From: Malacoraja senta
Lineage: Eukaryota
Assembly (NCBI GenBank): GCA_038087875.1
Contig: CM075979.1
Coordinates: 86,242,001-86,306,000, forward strand
DNA: 64,000 nucleotides
Direction: 5' to 3'
Below are positions 48,613 through 62,983 of this stretch, piece by piece (positions within the stretch are counted from its first letter, which is position 1; every line of letters begins with the position of its first letter). The notes below the pieces were generated by a model, which saw only the letters and a program-made list of their open reading frames with translations, ran no database searches and was not told the origin of the DNA. Both the position numbers and the translations under genes were made by a program.

Positions 48613-51600
48613 TAATTGGTTTGTGCTGCTTTAGCTGGTTTGCATTAATGTTGTATTTTGAGTTTGAATTACTTCTACACAGTATAATAAATAGTAGGTG
48701 TCAATTAAGAGTAATGACGCACCTTTGATGAATGCTGCTTGCTTGTTTGCAATTTTAAACACTAGTGTGGGGAAAAATTTGTCTGAGCCTTGATTTTAGA
48801 ACATAGAACATTACAGCACAAGAACAGGCCTTCCGACCCATAGTGTCTGTGCTGTACATGATGCCAAGACCATTATTTGCCTGCCTGCACATAACCCATA
48901 TTCCTCCATGTGCCTATCCAAAAGTCTTTTAAATGCCACTAATGTATCTGCTTCAACCACAACCCCGGCAGCATATTCCTGGCATTCACCACTCTTTGTT
49001 TTGAAATGAAAACTTGTCTCGCACATCTCTTTTAAACTTTGCTCCTTTACCCTTAAAGCTATGCTCTGTAGTATTTTGGTGTACCACTCTGGCTTTGTTC
49101 TTTTGTGAAGCACAACATTTGAATTAGTTGCATTCTGAAATAACTGAACTACTTTACATGGTGAGTTTTGTTCTCTAATATTACATTGAGTTGTTGAATT
49201 GAATTTTCATAGTTTGCACGAAAATAAAAAAATATACTAAGCTCCTTGTATATTTCATATAATGATCAAGCATTGCTTACATATTTTCTGAATTGGAGAG
49301 TTTCTTTGGAGGGAGATGGACAATGGGAGAAATTCAAAAACATGATCTTAGAAGAATGTTTCCCCCCTCTATATTAATGAGTGCATTCCAGAGGGAGAGA
49401 CAAATATCTGAGTAAAAAAATATTTTAACTTTGTGTAGAAGTCAGCTTTACATTAGTACGGTATAATAGAGAATATTATGTGTCTTTGCTGGTATCTTGA
49501 TTTTAGTGTTCGTCTAGAAAACCTCTAGCAGTCCTTTGGACTTGTGCTAAACTTTGCATCATGCCATACTTATCACTCGTGACCACCATGTTCACGCATT
49601 CCAAAATTTTTGAAACTAGATCCTATATTGTGTTTTCTGCCAGGCGAATTAGATTTAAAAGTTACTCTCCACTAGTGTTCTTAACTAAATGATTTCATCT
49701 TGTCGTAAATTCTATAATCTGAGTTTTTATTTGTTTAGTACTGTGAATCACTTGCAAGGCCAGCATTTATTTCCTTGTTCTAATTGTCATTGAGAAGATG
49801 GTGGCGAGCTCCCAGCTTGACCTGCTGTAGTCCTTCTGATGAAAGTATATTCACAGGGCTAATAGGAAGGGAGTTCCATGATTTATGCACAGTGACACTG
49901 AAGAACCAATGATGAATTTTTGCAATGTGATTTGCAAGGGAAACTGAGTGATGGTATTCCCATACATCCTCTGCCTTCATCCTTGTTTGGGGTGGCTGCA
50001 GGTTTGGGAGGTGCCTTGCGATTAAATGCATGACAATTTATAGATGGTACACATAGGCACAAACTTGGTGTTAGAAAGAAATAATGTTTTTAGGGTAGCT
50101 GCTGAGATGCCAATCTTGAGAGCTGTATTATTCTGGATAGTAGTGAGTTTCTTGAGACTTGGTGGCTCTGCACATATTCAGATAAATGGTGAAACCACTG
50201 TACTAGGCGGTGTATCACTCATTACAGGATAGCCACGTTATTCATGTAGTGGTCCATTTAAGTCTCTGGTTCATGATCAGCTCTAGAATTTTAATTGTAA
50301 GGAACTACACGATGCTAAAGCCATTGATTGTCAAGTGTAGGTGGTTAGATTCTCTCGCTTATAGGAGATGGTAGTTGCTTGGCACTACAAGCCTGCAACC
50401 ACATGATTAATACCCATTGATATTATTATCTTGTACTTCCATCATTTCAATGGCACCTGTATTTTAATCCATTTAGGCTCTTATCATTTCCTCACAAGCT
50501 CGCTTCATCCTTTGAAGACCGTCAAATAGTACCTATTGAATAAAGTTTTCAGCTTGTGATCCTAATATCTGCGATTTTGATTCTGTTTCTGTTTGATCAC
50601 ACTTCTTCAAAGAGACTGGAATGTTTTTCTATTCCAAATGTAAGTTGTTAACTGAAATCTAAATACATATTATTGTTAACTGAATTTGCTTTGTGTAAAC
50701 TTCCAACTATTTAATATTAAATTCTCGGAGAGCTGCATCTGTTAACCAACTCAGCCTGGTGCCAATTGTAGTTTCATTTCCATTGTCCCCAAATTGGTGG
50801 CTCTCGATGTGCAGTATTCCAATGAGGCCAGTTTCCAATGTGGTTTGAGTACTACCCTCTCCAGAGATGCTGCCTGTCCCACTGAGGTACTCCAGCTTTT
50901 TGTGTCTACCTTGGTCTTTGTGCAGCAGGCTGCCGACAAAAAGAACAGTTTTCACAGCTGGTGAGACCTCGTTCTTGCTTGCTCCCTTCCCCTTCAATTT
51001 CCCAGCTAACCATCTATCAAAGCTGTTGCTATCATTGGCCTATTGAATGTTTGCAAATGCCTTTTGATAACAGTAAATGTTCAAAAACACTTGAATAATA
51101 TAAAATGTGAGAAATACTGTTAAGATTTTAAAAAGTTTAATACACTAAAATCACATTCACAAGACTAAAAATAAAAAAGTAAAATTAAAAAAAATGTTTT
51201 TCATCTCCCATAACGATGATGTCTCATCTAGCTGGTTTGGATTCCAATATATGTTCCCTTGGTATTTATCATAGATTCTTCATGGACTTTGGGAAGGGGA
51301 TAGAAATAGGTTTGAAATGAAAGAGGAGAGAAAAGGGATAAATGTTAGGATTGGAGGGTGATAGACTGGGAACTGTTTGTGTGAGTGAGAGAGAGAGATT
51401 CTAATGTTGACGGGAGGTTTGAGGCTTGTTCAGGAGGGACTCGAACATGGGTTCACTCTCCATTCTTGCTAATGGCCCTGAACCTAATTTGACTTCTTTG
51501 ATCTCTTGGGTTTTGTACTACTTGCTCCACTCCTCAGAAAATGTAATTGTTTTCAACTTTTCTAGATGTTACACAGTTAATGTTTTAAAAATACAAAGCC

Positions 51601-54083
51601 ATTCTCTTTTGCAAAACTTGGACAGTAAACACTATTTTCCTGGATTAATATCCTCCAATGGTCCTCCTCTGGATCGGCTCCGTTGATAATTCTAAATTTT
51701 ATCTCCTTTTTCTCCTGACTGATAAACTGGTTGTTATTTACTTCAGCTGCCAAGTATACTCTTTTTCTCTCCTTGTTCCTCAATTATGCACTGATTTCAT
51801 TATTATTTGTTCCTAGTGATCCTTTTTAAATAGGCTCTCTTTTATATGTTTGGATACCTCAGCATTTATATGATCAACATTTTTTCCTGCTATCTATGCT
51901 AGTTCCCTACTGTCTCAATCCTAGCATCAAACGTAGGACATCAAAAAACTCCGATGTGATCTTGCTGTCCATAAACTGAACTACCTTGACATTGTTTCAA
52001 TTTCTTCACTAATATGTGACCTAAAGCTGTGCGAAAACATATTTTATTTAACAGGCCGTTTCAAATTTCATATCTCGTTTGATTTTTTTTTTAACCCACC
52101 TCCCCATCTTGCCTGCATCATTATTTTACAATTATTTTACTACACATGATCTATTGACTGCATCAATTAATTCAACTTCTCCAAGATATTGCTTGAATCC
52201 CCTGTCCTTTAAGCTTTGCTTATCCTATTTTTCCTGACTTCACAACATAAAAGGTGCTCCTCCATGTTTCTGCAGTCTTGCTTAGATTTGATTGACATTT
52301 CCATCTGGCCTAAGGTTTATTAACTGTTGACCACTTGTGGATCATAAATTACCCTCATGAATTCAATTAAAATTGGCTTTTCAACGGTTTACTGGCTGCC
52401 TGATCTGCAGCAATTTGTACTTCATTGGAATTTGTTTTTTTGGAATAGATGTATTTAATGATTAGGAATGTTAAACTAAAGCTGAAAAAAAATTTGCCAC
52501 CGAGTAAATAAATGTAGAAATGTTGATTGAACAGCTAAATGTTAAACATAGTAGTTGAGGAATCTGAATGGGATGACATGTGTACAGTGCAAACACCAGG
52601 CACAGAAACATTGGGTGAAATGTGTGATATTTGTGGGGTGTGTTTGAAGTTTTTAATTCTTGTTTTAGCCGTACTATCAGCTACTGGAGCAATAATTTTG
52701 GAAATAATATCAAGGTATTCACATCTTTTAAACTTCACCCAGATTCATTTAATATTTAAATAGGTTTGGATGAAGTTTTTGGTACTTCCTAATTTCTCAT
52801 TCGCAATGAATGAAAAATCAGATTTTAAACTTGTCCTCCCTTGCAGTCAACAAATTAACAAATTAAAGTTTTTAAAATGCTAAACTCGTTTTTGGATTTC
52901 CTTTCTTCTGCTTAGCAGTGATTCATCCAGTGAGCAGAGGGGCTGCTTCCAACACTATTTGTAATTAGTATTAGTGATGTATCAATCTATAACTTTTCCT
53001 TGATTTCACTTAATCCACTGTCCCATTCACATCCAAACTTTCTGCATTTAACATGATCTTTCTCTCCATGTGTACTTCATACAAGATAAAGTTAATCGGG
53101 ACTACCCTTCATTCACTCCATTCTGGTACGGAGGATTCCACATGAATTCAGTACCACAAACTACACCATAGTTTTGTGCGTTATACAACAATTATCTTGA
53201 ATGCAATTCTTGTACTGCATTATAACACTGGTATAATATTAAAACTTACGTTTTTTTGTTGATTACTTGATGGTCTCATTTTCTCTGTTATTAATTCCGT
53301 GGTTCCCTGGATCCACAACAGATAGAATTTTTATATCGAGTTCCATAGACTTTCAGTGAGTTTTTTGTGTGTTGAATTTTTGAAACTCTGTGATCTGCTA
53401 AGTAGAAAGCAGTTTGTATTCTGTTGTCTCCCATTAATATGTCAACTGTGGTTCAAAGCACGGCTGCATTAACATTAATCCATATGCAGGTTCATTTATT
53501 CTAAGCCTGGAGGTGGTTGTGGGAAAGGTGTAAATGAGGGAATGCTAAGAAGTCATTAAAGATGCAGACATTTTAATCTTGTACTAGCATTAAATGTGCA
53601 CGGCATAAAGTGGCACGTTCTGATATTGTGCAGTTGGCTTGTTCTCTGCATTATGATTTTATTGTGGTCTAAGTGAAATTTGAGTTTTACAGTCATAAAA
53701 TAATACTTTTACAATAATATAGAATTGTGCATGTGGTTCAACCTCTCCAGTTGTGCCATTTAATTCGGTACTGAATGTTCTGTAGCTCTGCTTCGTGTCA
53801 TAACGGATAGGATAGAATTAGGCCATTTGGCCCATCAAGTCTACTCCACCATTCAATCATGGTTGATCAATCTCTCCCTCCAAACCCCATTTTCCAGCCT
53901 TTTCTCCATAACCTCTGACACCTGTTTTCTCTGTAGTGTACACAACTTGGAGGAAATGAAATAATCTTCATCTTAAATTTTAATTGGATAAGTACCCACA
54001 ATCTTTGGAGGAAGATAGTTCCAGAATCCTCATAATTACAAAAACTTGCTTCTAAAATAGAGCTGATAGAGCTGCTGAAATGA

Positions 54084-54216
54084 GTAGGAAGGTACTGAAG
54101 ATGCTGGTTTAAACCGAAGATAGACATAACAAGCTGGAGTAACTCCAGCTGCGTTACTCCAGCATTTTGTGTCTATCTTTGGTTTAAACCACCATCTGCA
54201 GTTTCTTCATACACAC
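54084..54216. mobile_element. Fold-back element from inverted Penelope terminal sequence
   Basis: gatgctggtttaaaccgaagatagaca..gctggagtaac pairs with gttactccagc..tgtctatctttggtttaaacca..catc. Confidence 0.75.
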
Positions 54217-54599
54217 AAAGTCTGCAGTAGTTTGGTGTTGAGGTAGGGTTATGCTTAGAATTGTGCAGGGTGGATCAAAAACCTGATGATTGATGGAAGA
54301 AGCTATTCTTGAACCTGGAGGTAACTGTTCTAAGGCTCCTGAACCACCTACCTGATGGCAGCAGTGAGAAGAGAGTGTGGCCAGTGTGGTGTTACTGTAG
54401 ACCCCTTTGATGGTAGGAAAGTCAATACCTGTGTTGGACTGGGTATGGTCCACCACTTTTTGTGGCCTCCTTCATTCTTGAGTTTTTGAACTGCCAAACC
54501 AGAATTGCAAACCACTCATTATGTTCATGTCAATACATTTGTAGATGCTTAATATAGTATTTGGTGCCATAGGGAATTTCTTCAAACTTCTTAAGAAGT

Positions 54600-54817
54600 A
54601 GAGGTGTTGGTGAGCTTGTTTATATTGAATCAATGTGCTGGACAGATGATCAGAGATATGTATACCCAGGAACTTAAAATAGTTGATTCTACAATGCCAT
54701 GCCATTCCAGAGGTGTTGGTGAGCTTGTTTATATTGAATCAATGTGCTGGACAGATGATCAGAGATATGTATACCCAGGAACTTAAAATAGTTGATTCTA
54801 CAATGCCATGCCATTCC
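54600..54817 (+). repeat. Perfect 109-bp tandem duplication within a decayed minus-strand Rex1 fragment (~54230-54830)
   Basis: 54600-54708 equals 54709-54817. Confidence 0.92.
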
Positions 54818-57800
54818 TCTTCTTTCAAAGTACTTCATCACAATGGATATGGAAGGATGACTGCCCAGCGGTTCAAAGATGAAGTTACCACAAAATGGCA
54901 TTTAAAAGATAGGAAATTTAAGTTGGGGTTAATATAAAAATATATGCAAGTTAGACTTATAATCTATTTATTAAATAGTATGAGAACATGTATGGCGTGA
55001 AGAGGCAGTTGCAGGAAGCAAGTCATGTAAATGACTTGTAATGAGTGGAATTAGATGACTGCATAATGGAGGATTCAAATCGAAGATTGAGGTATTTGGA
55101 AAACAGGAGTTGAATTTCTACCTACCATAATATTTGGTTGTGCCTCCATTTTGGCCAATTCCCATATCCACCTGAAGTCAGATGAAAAGACAGATATTGA
55201 AGGTAATCTGGACAGTAAGATAAGCAAAAGGCAGGGAGGAAAGTATACGTAGAAGAGGATAATGAAGGATAATAAGGTAGCAAAGAAAATGTAAATCTGC
55301 ATTATGTGTCGGAGCTCGTGAGTGACCTCTGCAGTGACCTCCATTGGAGGTTCATTATCACATGTATAAATAATTTAGTTGAGTGAGTCTGCATGTCACA
55401 CTTGGCTACAAATGAAAAATGGCGTTAAAGGTTCAATGCTTTTGAGTTGGTCCTTGAAACTGAGCAATATATTTCAATTTGAAGAGTTTCCTTGACAAGC
55501 AGCAATTAAATCTATGCCGCCATAAAAAGATTACGGTTAGCTCCTGGTTTTGGATGCCTTGAGATTATAGAACAATGCATTGTACAATATAATACAAGGT
55601 CCTGCTCATTATAAAATAGTGTGCCATCTAATCTAGTATGAACAGTTTCATGGGAGGTCTGTGCATGTTCTTGCAATTATAGCTCAAGCTTTTGATAAGT
55701 TAAAATGTATGGTGCAGTTCAGTTATCATATTTGTGCATATTGATTTTGAAAAGGCTTGGGACATTTAACCTATTTATTTTTTGGGGAGGCATCTGGGCA
55801 TTAGTGGTGAAGCCAGCATTTATTTCTCTTCCCTAATTTCTGTTGTAGTGAGCCACTTTTTTTGAACCAGGTATTTCTAATAATGATGTTGCAACTGCTG
55901 TTAAGTAGGGAATTCCAGGATTTTAACCCAGTGATGAATGAATGGAGATATAATTCTAATTTGGGATCGTGTGCAACTTGCAGGGGATTGCTAACCTATG
56001 TCTGTTCTTTTCTCATTTTTTAATGGTAAATGTTTAAGTTTTGAGAGGTGCTGCTGAAGTAGCCTTGGCAAGTATTCCACAGTATTTTGTAATTAATACA
56101 CTCTGTCCCTGGATGCCAGTGCGAAAGGGAATGAATGTTAGGATGGTGGATATGTTGCAAAGCTAGTGTGTTGCTTCATTTGTGAGTTTTGAACCACTTG
56201 AATGCTGTTAGATTTTCACCCATTGAGTCGAGTATCAGGTATTCCATCACTCTCATGATTTGTGCATTATGCATGGTGGAATGTCTTTGGGGTGGAAGGA
56301 GGTTAGCTACAGTGCCCTCCATAATGTTTGAGACAAAGACCCATCATTTATTTATTTGCCTCTGTACTCCACAATTTGAGATTTGTAATAGAAAAAAAAT
56401 CACATGTGGTTAAAGTGCACATTGTCAGATTTTAATAACGGCCATTGTTATACATTTTGGTTTCGCCATGTCGAAATTACAGCAGTGTTTATACATAGTC
56501 CCCCCATTTCAGGGCACCATAATGTTTGGGAAACAGCAATGTCATGTAAATGAGTGTAGTCATGTTTAGTATTTTGTTGCATATCCTTTGCATGCAATGA
56601 CTGCTTGAAGTCTGCGATTCATGGACATCATCAGTTGCTGGGTGTCATCTCTGGTGATGCTCTGCCAGGCCTGTATTGCAGCCATCTTTAGCTGATGCTT
56701 GTTTTGGGGGCTAGTCCCCTTCAGTTTTCTCTTCAGTAAATAAAAGGCATGCTCAATTCGGTTCAGATTGGGTGATTGACATTTTTTTAGCTTTGGAAAA
56801 ACTCCTTTGTTGTTTTAGCAGTATGTTTGGGATCATTGGCTTGCTGTAGAATGAACGACCGGCCAATGAATTTTGAGGCATTTGCAACTTGAGCAGATAG
56901 GATGTGTCTATATACTTCAGAATTCATTCTGCTACTACCATCAGCGGTTGTATCATCAATTAAGATAAGTGAGCCAGTACCTTCAGCAGTCATACATGCC
57001 CAGCCCATAACATCCCCACCACCGTGTTTCACAGATCAGGTGGTATGCTTTGGATCTTTGGCAGTTCCTTCCCTCCTCCATACTTTGCTCTTGCCATCAC
57101 TCTGATATAATTTAATCATCGTCTCATCTGTCCACAAGACCTTTTTCCAGAACTGTGTTTGCACTTTTAAGTACCTATTAGCAAACTGTAACCTGGCCAT
57201 CCTATTTTTGCGGCTAACCAGTGGTTGCATCTTGCATGTAGCCCCTGTATTCTGTTCATGAAGTCTTCTGCTGAACAGTGGTCAATTGACAAATTCACAC
57301 CGGACAGGTGTTTGGGGATTTTTCTTTATTATGGAGAGAATTCTTCTGTCATCAGCTGTGGAGGTCTTCCTTGGCCTGCTAGTCCCTTTGCGATTAGTAA
57401 GCTCACCCGTGCTCTCTTTCTTACTGATGTTCCAAACAGTTGATTTTGGAAAGCCTAAGGTTTGGCTGATGTCTCTAACAGTTTTATTCTTGTTTCTCAC
57501 TCTCACAATGGCTTATTTGACTTTCACTGGCACAACTTTGGTCCTCATGCTAATAAGCAGCAATAAAAGTTTCCAAATGTGATGGAAAGCTGGAGGAAAG
57601 ACGGTGCTGAGAGCTCTCTTATACCTGCATTAAGGAGACATTTAAACACACCTGAGCAATTACAAACACCTGTGAAGCCATGTGTCCCAAACATTATGGT
57701 GCCCTGAAATGGGGGGACTATGTATAAACCCAGCTGTAGTTTCTACATGATGAAACCAAAATGTATAAAAATACCCTTTAATAAAATTTGACTATGTGCA

Positions 57801-57868
57801 CTTTAACCACATGTGATTTTTTTCTATTACAAATTTCAAATTGTGGAGTACAGAGGCAAATAAATAAA

Positions 57869-59940
57869 ACAACCGTACAGCCCTCACTCACTCTGTAACA
57901 ACCCAGACTGGGTGATCAAACCCGCCGACAAGGGAGGTGCCGTGGTAATCTGGCGCGCTGATCTCTACAAGGCTGAGGCCACGCGCCAACTCTCGGACAC
58001 CTCCTCCTACTTATCCTTGGACCATGACCCCACAGACGAGCACCAGGCCACTATCTCTAACACCATCACTGACTTCATCAACTCCAGCTCCCTGCCCTCC
58101 CAAGCCTCCAACCTCATCGTTCCCCAGCCCCGCACAGCCCGATTTTACTTTCTCCCTAAAATCCACAAACCTGACTGTCCTGGCAGACCCATTGTTTCTG
58201 CCTGTTCTTGTCCTACCGAACTTATTTCCACATAACTCCATCCTATCTCCCCCCCCCCCCCGTGTTAAATCCCTCCCTACCTATGTTCAAGACACCTCGC
58301 ACGCTCTTTGTCGACTCCAGGAGTTCCATTTTCTAAGCCCCCATTCCCTCATCTTCACCATGGATGTCCAGTCACTCTACACCTCCACCCCCCACCAGGA
58401 GGGTCTCAAAGCCCTCCGTTTCTTCCTCGACCGGAGAAGCAACCAATCGCCGTCTACTGATATTCTCCTCCGCCTAGCGGAGCTGGCCCTTACCCTTAAT
58501 AACTTTTTGTTTGACTCCTCCCATTTCCTCCAAATACAAAGCGTAGCTATGGGCACGCGAATGGGCCCTAGCTATGCCTGCCTCTTTGTAGGGTACGTCG
58601 AACAATCCTTTTTCGAGACGTACAGTGGCCCTATCCCCGAACTCTACCTCCGCTACATCGACGACTGCATTGGTGCTACCTCCTGCACCCAAACAACTCA
58701 ATGACTTCATCCATTTCACCACTAACTTCCATCCGGCACTCAAATACACCTGGACCATTTCCGACATTTCCTTACCATTTCTTGACCTCACTATTTCCAT
58801 CGCAGGGGATAGACTCCTGACTGCATCCACTATAATCCCATTGACTCCCATGGCTATATGGACTACACTTCTTCCCACCTTGCTTCCTGTAAGGACTCCA
58901 TCCCCTACTCCCAATTTCCCCCGTCTACGCCGCATCTGCACCCAGGATGAGGTGTTCCACACCAGGGCATCGGAGATGTCCTCATTCTTCAGGGAACAGG
59001 GGTTCCCCTCCTCTACCATAGATGAGGCTCTCATCAGGGTCTCTTCTATACCCCGTGACTCTACTCTCATTCCCCATCCCCCCCCCCCCACTCGTAACAA
59101 GGGCAGAGTCCACCTTGTCCTCACCCTCCACCCTACCAGGCATCCCGTACAACAAATAATCCTCCGTCATTTTCGCCACCTCCAACGTGACCCCATCACT
59201 TGCCACATCTTTCCATCTCCTGCACTGTCTGCTTTCCGCAGAGACCGCTCCCTCCGTAACTCCCTGGTCAATTCGTCCCTTCCCACCCCCTCTCCGGGCA
59301 CTTTCCCTTGCAACCGCAAGAAATGCTACACTTGTCGCTTTACCTCCCCTCTTGGCTCCATTCAAGGACCAAAGCAGTCTTTCCAGGTGCGGCAGAGGTT
59401 CACCTGCACCTCCTCCAAACTCATCTATTGCATCCGCTGCTTTAGATGTCAGTTGCTCTACATCGGGGAGACCAGCGTAGGCTTGGAGATCGCTTCGCTG
59501 AATACCTCCGCTCGCTTCGCAATAACCAACCTGATCTCCCGGTGCCTCAGCACTTCAACTCCCCCTCCCATTCCGAATCCAACCTTTTTGTCCTCGGCCT
59601 CCTCCATGGCCAGTGAGGACCACCGTAAATTGGAGGAGCAGCACCTCATATTTCACTTGGGCGTTTGCACCCCAGCGGTATGAACATTGACCTCTAATTT
59701 CAGGTAGTCCTTATTTTCTCCTCCCCTTCTCAGCTCTCCCTCAGCCCACTGGCTCCACCTCTTCCTTTCTTCTTCCCTTCCCCCCCCCCCCCCCCCCCAC
59801 ACCATCACATCAGTCTGAAGAAGGGTTTCGGCCCGAAACGTTGCCTATTTCCTTCGCTCCATAGATGCTGCCTCACCCGCTGTGTTTCTCCAGCACTTTT
59901 GTCTACCCTCGATTTTCCCGCATCTGCAGTTCCTTCTTAA
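57869..59940 (+). mobile_element. Penelope-like retroelement (RT plus GIY-YIG endonuclease), 5'-truncated, frameshifted
   Basis: IKPADKGGAVV, LPKIHK, DVQSLYT, AMGT, RYIDD, LIYCIRCFRCQLLYIGET. 13-bp TSD GCAAATAAATAAA at 57856-57868 and 59941-59953. Confidence 0.95.
59815..59842 (+). ncRNA. Minimal hammerhead ribozyme motif in the Penelope terminus
   Basis: CTGAAGA-a-GGGT-TTCG-GCCC-GAAA-CGTT. Confidence 0.6.
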
Positions 59941-60529
59941 GCAAATAAATAAATGATGGGTCTTTGTCCCAAACATTATGGAGGGCACTGTATTTGCCAT
60001 AGGATACCCAATGTCTGATCTCTTGTAGGTATTTATGTGAGTTCCTCAGTTGAGTTTAAGGTCAGTAGTGACACTCGGATTTTTTGTGTGTGGATCATGG
60101 GTAATTTTAAAGATGTTAATATTGTTATCCGGAATGGTTTATGAAAAAAGACTTTGCTTATCACGTGGTAATAATTTGTGAAGTCTCTTTCATGCGAATA
60201 TGAAACTCTATTTTGCAAGACAAACACAAGTGCCCAAAATAGGACTCGCCAACATGCACACCTGCGTCATTAATGACAGGCATTTAGCTTTTTCATTTCA
60301 AGGTCGCACAAATGCTCAGTGTTTAATGCATTTACTCCCCCTCAATTAACAGGAACATTAATTCCTTGATGAAGGAAGTTGAAATAGCATATGTTCTGAT
60401 TTGATTTACTACCAAAGTAATGTTCCCAAAAATAAAATAAAACAACAACCAATGCTGGAAATCTGAAACAAAAGACAGAAAATGCTGGAAACAATAATCT
60501 CAGGCAGCATCATGTGAAAGGAAAAAATA

Positions 60530-62983
60530 CATTGCCCTCCATAATGTTTGGGACAAAGACTCATTTATTTATTTGCCACTGTACTCCACAATTTGAGATT
60601 TGTAATAGAAAAAAATCACATGTGGTTAAAGTGCACTTTGTCAGATTTTAATAAAGGCCATTTTTATACATTTTGGTTTCACCATGTAGAAATTACAGCA
60701 GTGTTTACACATAGTCCCCCCATTTCAGGGCACCATAATTTTTGGGACACAGCAATGTCATGTAAATGGAAGTAGTCATGTTTAGTATTTTGTTGCATAT
60801 CCTTTGCATGCAATGACTGCTTGAAGTCTGCGATTCATGGACATCACCAGTTACTGGGTGTCTTTGGTGATGCTCTGCCAGGCCTGTATTGCAGCTATCT
60901 TTAGCTTAGGCAAGGCAAGGCAAGTTTATTTGTATAGCACCTTTCAACCACAAGGTAATTCAAAGCGTTTGTAAAACATTTAAAGCATTTGAAAGAAACA
61001 CATATAAAATGACATTTAGATATAAAATGATTATTAGATTATTCAGATAATAATTACAAAATTAAAAGCAATCAAATAAAATATTTAAAATAGAATAAAA
61101 CCAGGAATAGAAGTTACAGTGCAGTATAGGTAATTAATAAATTGTATTGTTTACTGAAAGGCAGCGGCAAACAGAAAAGTCTTCAGTCTAGATTTAAAAG
61201 AGCTGAGAGTTGCAGCAGACCTGCAGTTTTCTGGGAGTTTGTTCCAGATATGTGGTGCATAAAAACTAAATGCTGCCTCTCCATGTTTAGTTCTGACTCT
61301 GGGGACACAGAGCAGACCTGTCCCAGACGATCTGAGAGGTCTGGGTGGTTCGTAGCTAAGCAGAAGATCAGAAATGTATTTTGGCCCTAAACCATTCAGT
61401 GCTTTGTAAACCAACAGTAGTATTTTGAAATCAATTCTTTGACAGACAGGAAGCCAGTGTAAAGACCTCAGAACAGGAGTAACGTGATCTACTTTTTTGG
61501 TCTTAGTGAGAACTCGAGCAGCAGCGTTCTGAATTAACTGCAGCTGTCTGATCGACTTTTTAGGGAGACCTGTAAAGACACTGTTACAGTAGTCGAGCCT
61601 GCTGAAGATAAATGCATGGACAAGTTTTTCCAAATCCTGCTGAGACATAAGTCCCTTAATCCTTGATATATTCCTCAGGTGATAGTAGGCTGACTTTGTG
61701 ACTGTTTTTATGTGGCTGTTGAAGTTCAGGTCTGAGTCCATGACTACTCCTAAGTTTCTGGCTTGGTTTGTTGTTTTTAGCATTACCATTTGAAGCTGGG
61801 TGCTAACTTTTAATCGTTCTTCCTTGGCTCCAAAAACAATTGTTTCAGTTTTTTCTTTGTTTAATTGGATCATTGTTTGGGATCATTGTCATGCTGTAGA
61901 ATGAACCGCCGTCCAATGAGCTTTGAGGCATTCGTTTGAACTTGAGCAGATATGATGTCTCTATACACTTCAGAATTCATTATGCAACTACAATCAGCAG
62001 TTGTATCATCAATGAAGATAAGTGAGCCAGTACCTTCAGCTGCCATACATGCCCAGGCCATAACACACCCACCACTGTGCTTCACAGATGATGTGGTGTG
62101 CTTTGGATCTTGGGCAGTTCATCCTCTCCTGCCATCACTCTGATCTAAATTAATTTTAGCCTCATCTGCCCACAAGACCTTTTTTTCAGAACTGTGGTTG
62201 CTCTTTTAAGTACATCTTGGCAAACTGTGACCTGGCTATCCTATCTTTGAGGCTCACCAGTGGTTTGCATCTTGCAGTGTAGCCTCTGTATTTATGTTCA
62301 TGAAGTCTTCTGTAGACAGTGGTCATTGACAAGTCCACTCGTGACTCCTGAAGAGTGTTTCTGATCTGTCGGACAGGTGGTTGGAGAGTTTTCTTTATTA
62401 TAGAGAGAATTCTTCTGTCATCAGCTGTGGAGGTCTTCCTTGGCCTGCCAGTCCCTTTGCGATTAGTAAGCTCACCAGTGCTCTGTTTCTTCTCAATGAT
62501 GTTGCAAACATTTGATTTTGGAAAGCCTAAGGTTTGGCTGATGTCTCTAACAGTTTTATTCTTGTTTCTCAGTCTCATAATGGCTTATTTGACATTTTTT
62601 GGCACAACTTTGGTCCTCATTTTGATAAATAGCAATAAAAGTTTCCAAAGATGATGGAAAGACTGGAGGAAAGACCAGTTGCTGAGAGTTCTCTTACACC
62701 TGCATTAAGGAGGCAATTAAACACACCTGAGCAATTACAAACACCCATAAAGCCATGTGTCCCAAATATTATGGTGCCTTGAAATTGGGGGACTATCTAT
62801 AAACACAGCTTTAATTTCTACATAGTGAAACCAAAATGTATAAAAATGGCCTTTATTAAAATCTGGCAATGTGCACTAACCACATGTGTTTTTTTTCCCA
62901 TTACAAATCTCAAATTGTGGATTGCAGAGGCAAATAGATAAATAAATGATGGGTCTTTGTCCCAAACGTTATGGAGGGCACTG
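60530..62983 (-). mobile_element. Tc1 (Passport-like) transposon with a nested L2 fragment
   Basis: TA|CATTGCCCTCC...GGAGGGCACTG|TA. Transposase ORFs 62186-62578 and 61870-62085. Confidence 0.93.
60908..61870 (-). mobile_element. L2 LINE 3' fragment with uninterrupted 240-aa ORF2 C-terminus
   Basis: QLNKEKTE, SRLDYCNS, LQLIQNAAAR, LHWLPV, SFKSRLKTFLF. AATAAA plus (CTTGC)n tail. Confidence 0.92.

Larger units (their letters stand above)
56310..59990 (-). mobile_element. Tc1 (Passport-like) transposon with Penelope inserted in one TIR
   Basis: TA|CAGTGCCCTCC...GGAGGGCACTG|TA. Minus-strand transposase fragments (KVLWTDET, KHGGG, NDPKH). Confidence 0.93.

Noticed and set aside
51190-52450. Very old L1-like RT remnants (also ~18000-18600 and ~3880-4080)
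   Set aside because: Only faint motif echoes; boundaries cannot be supported.
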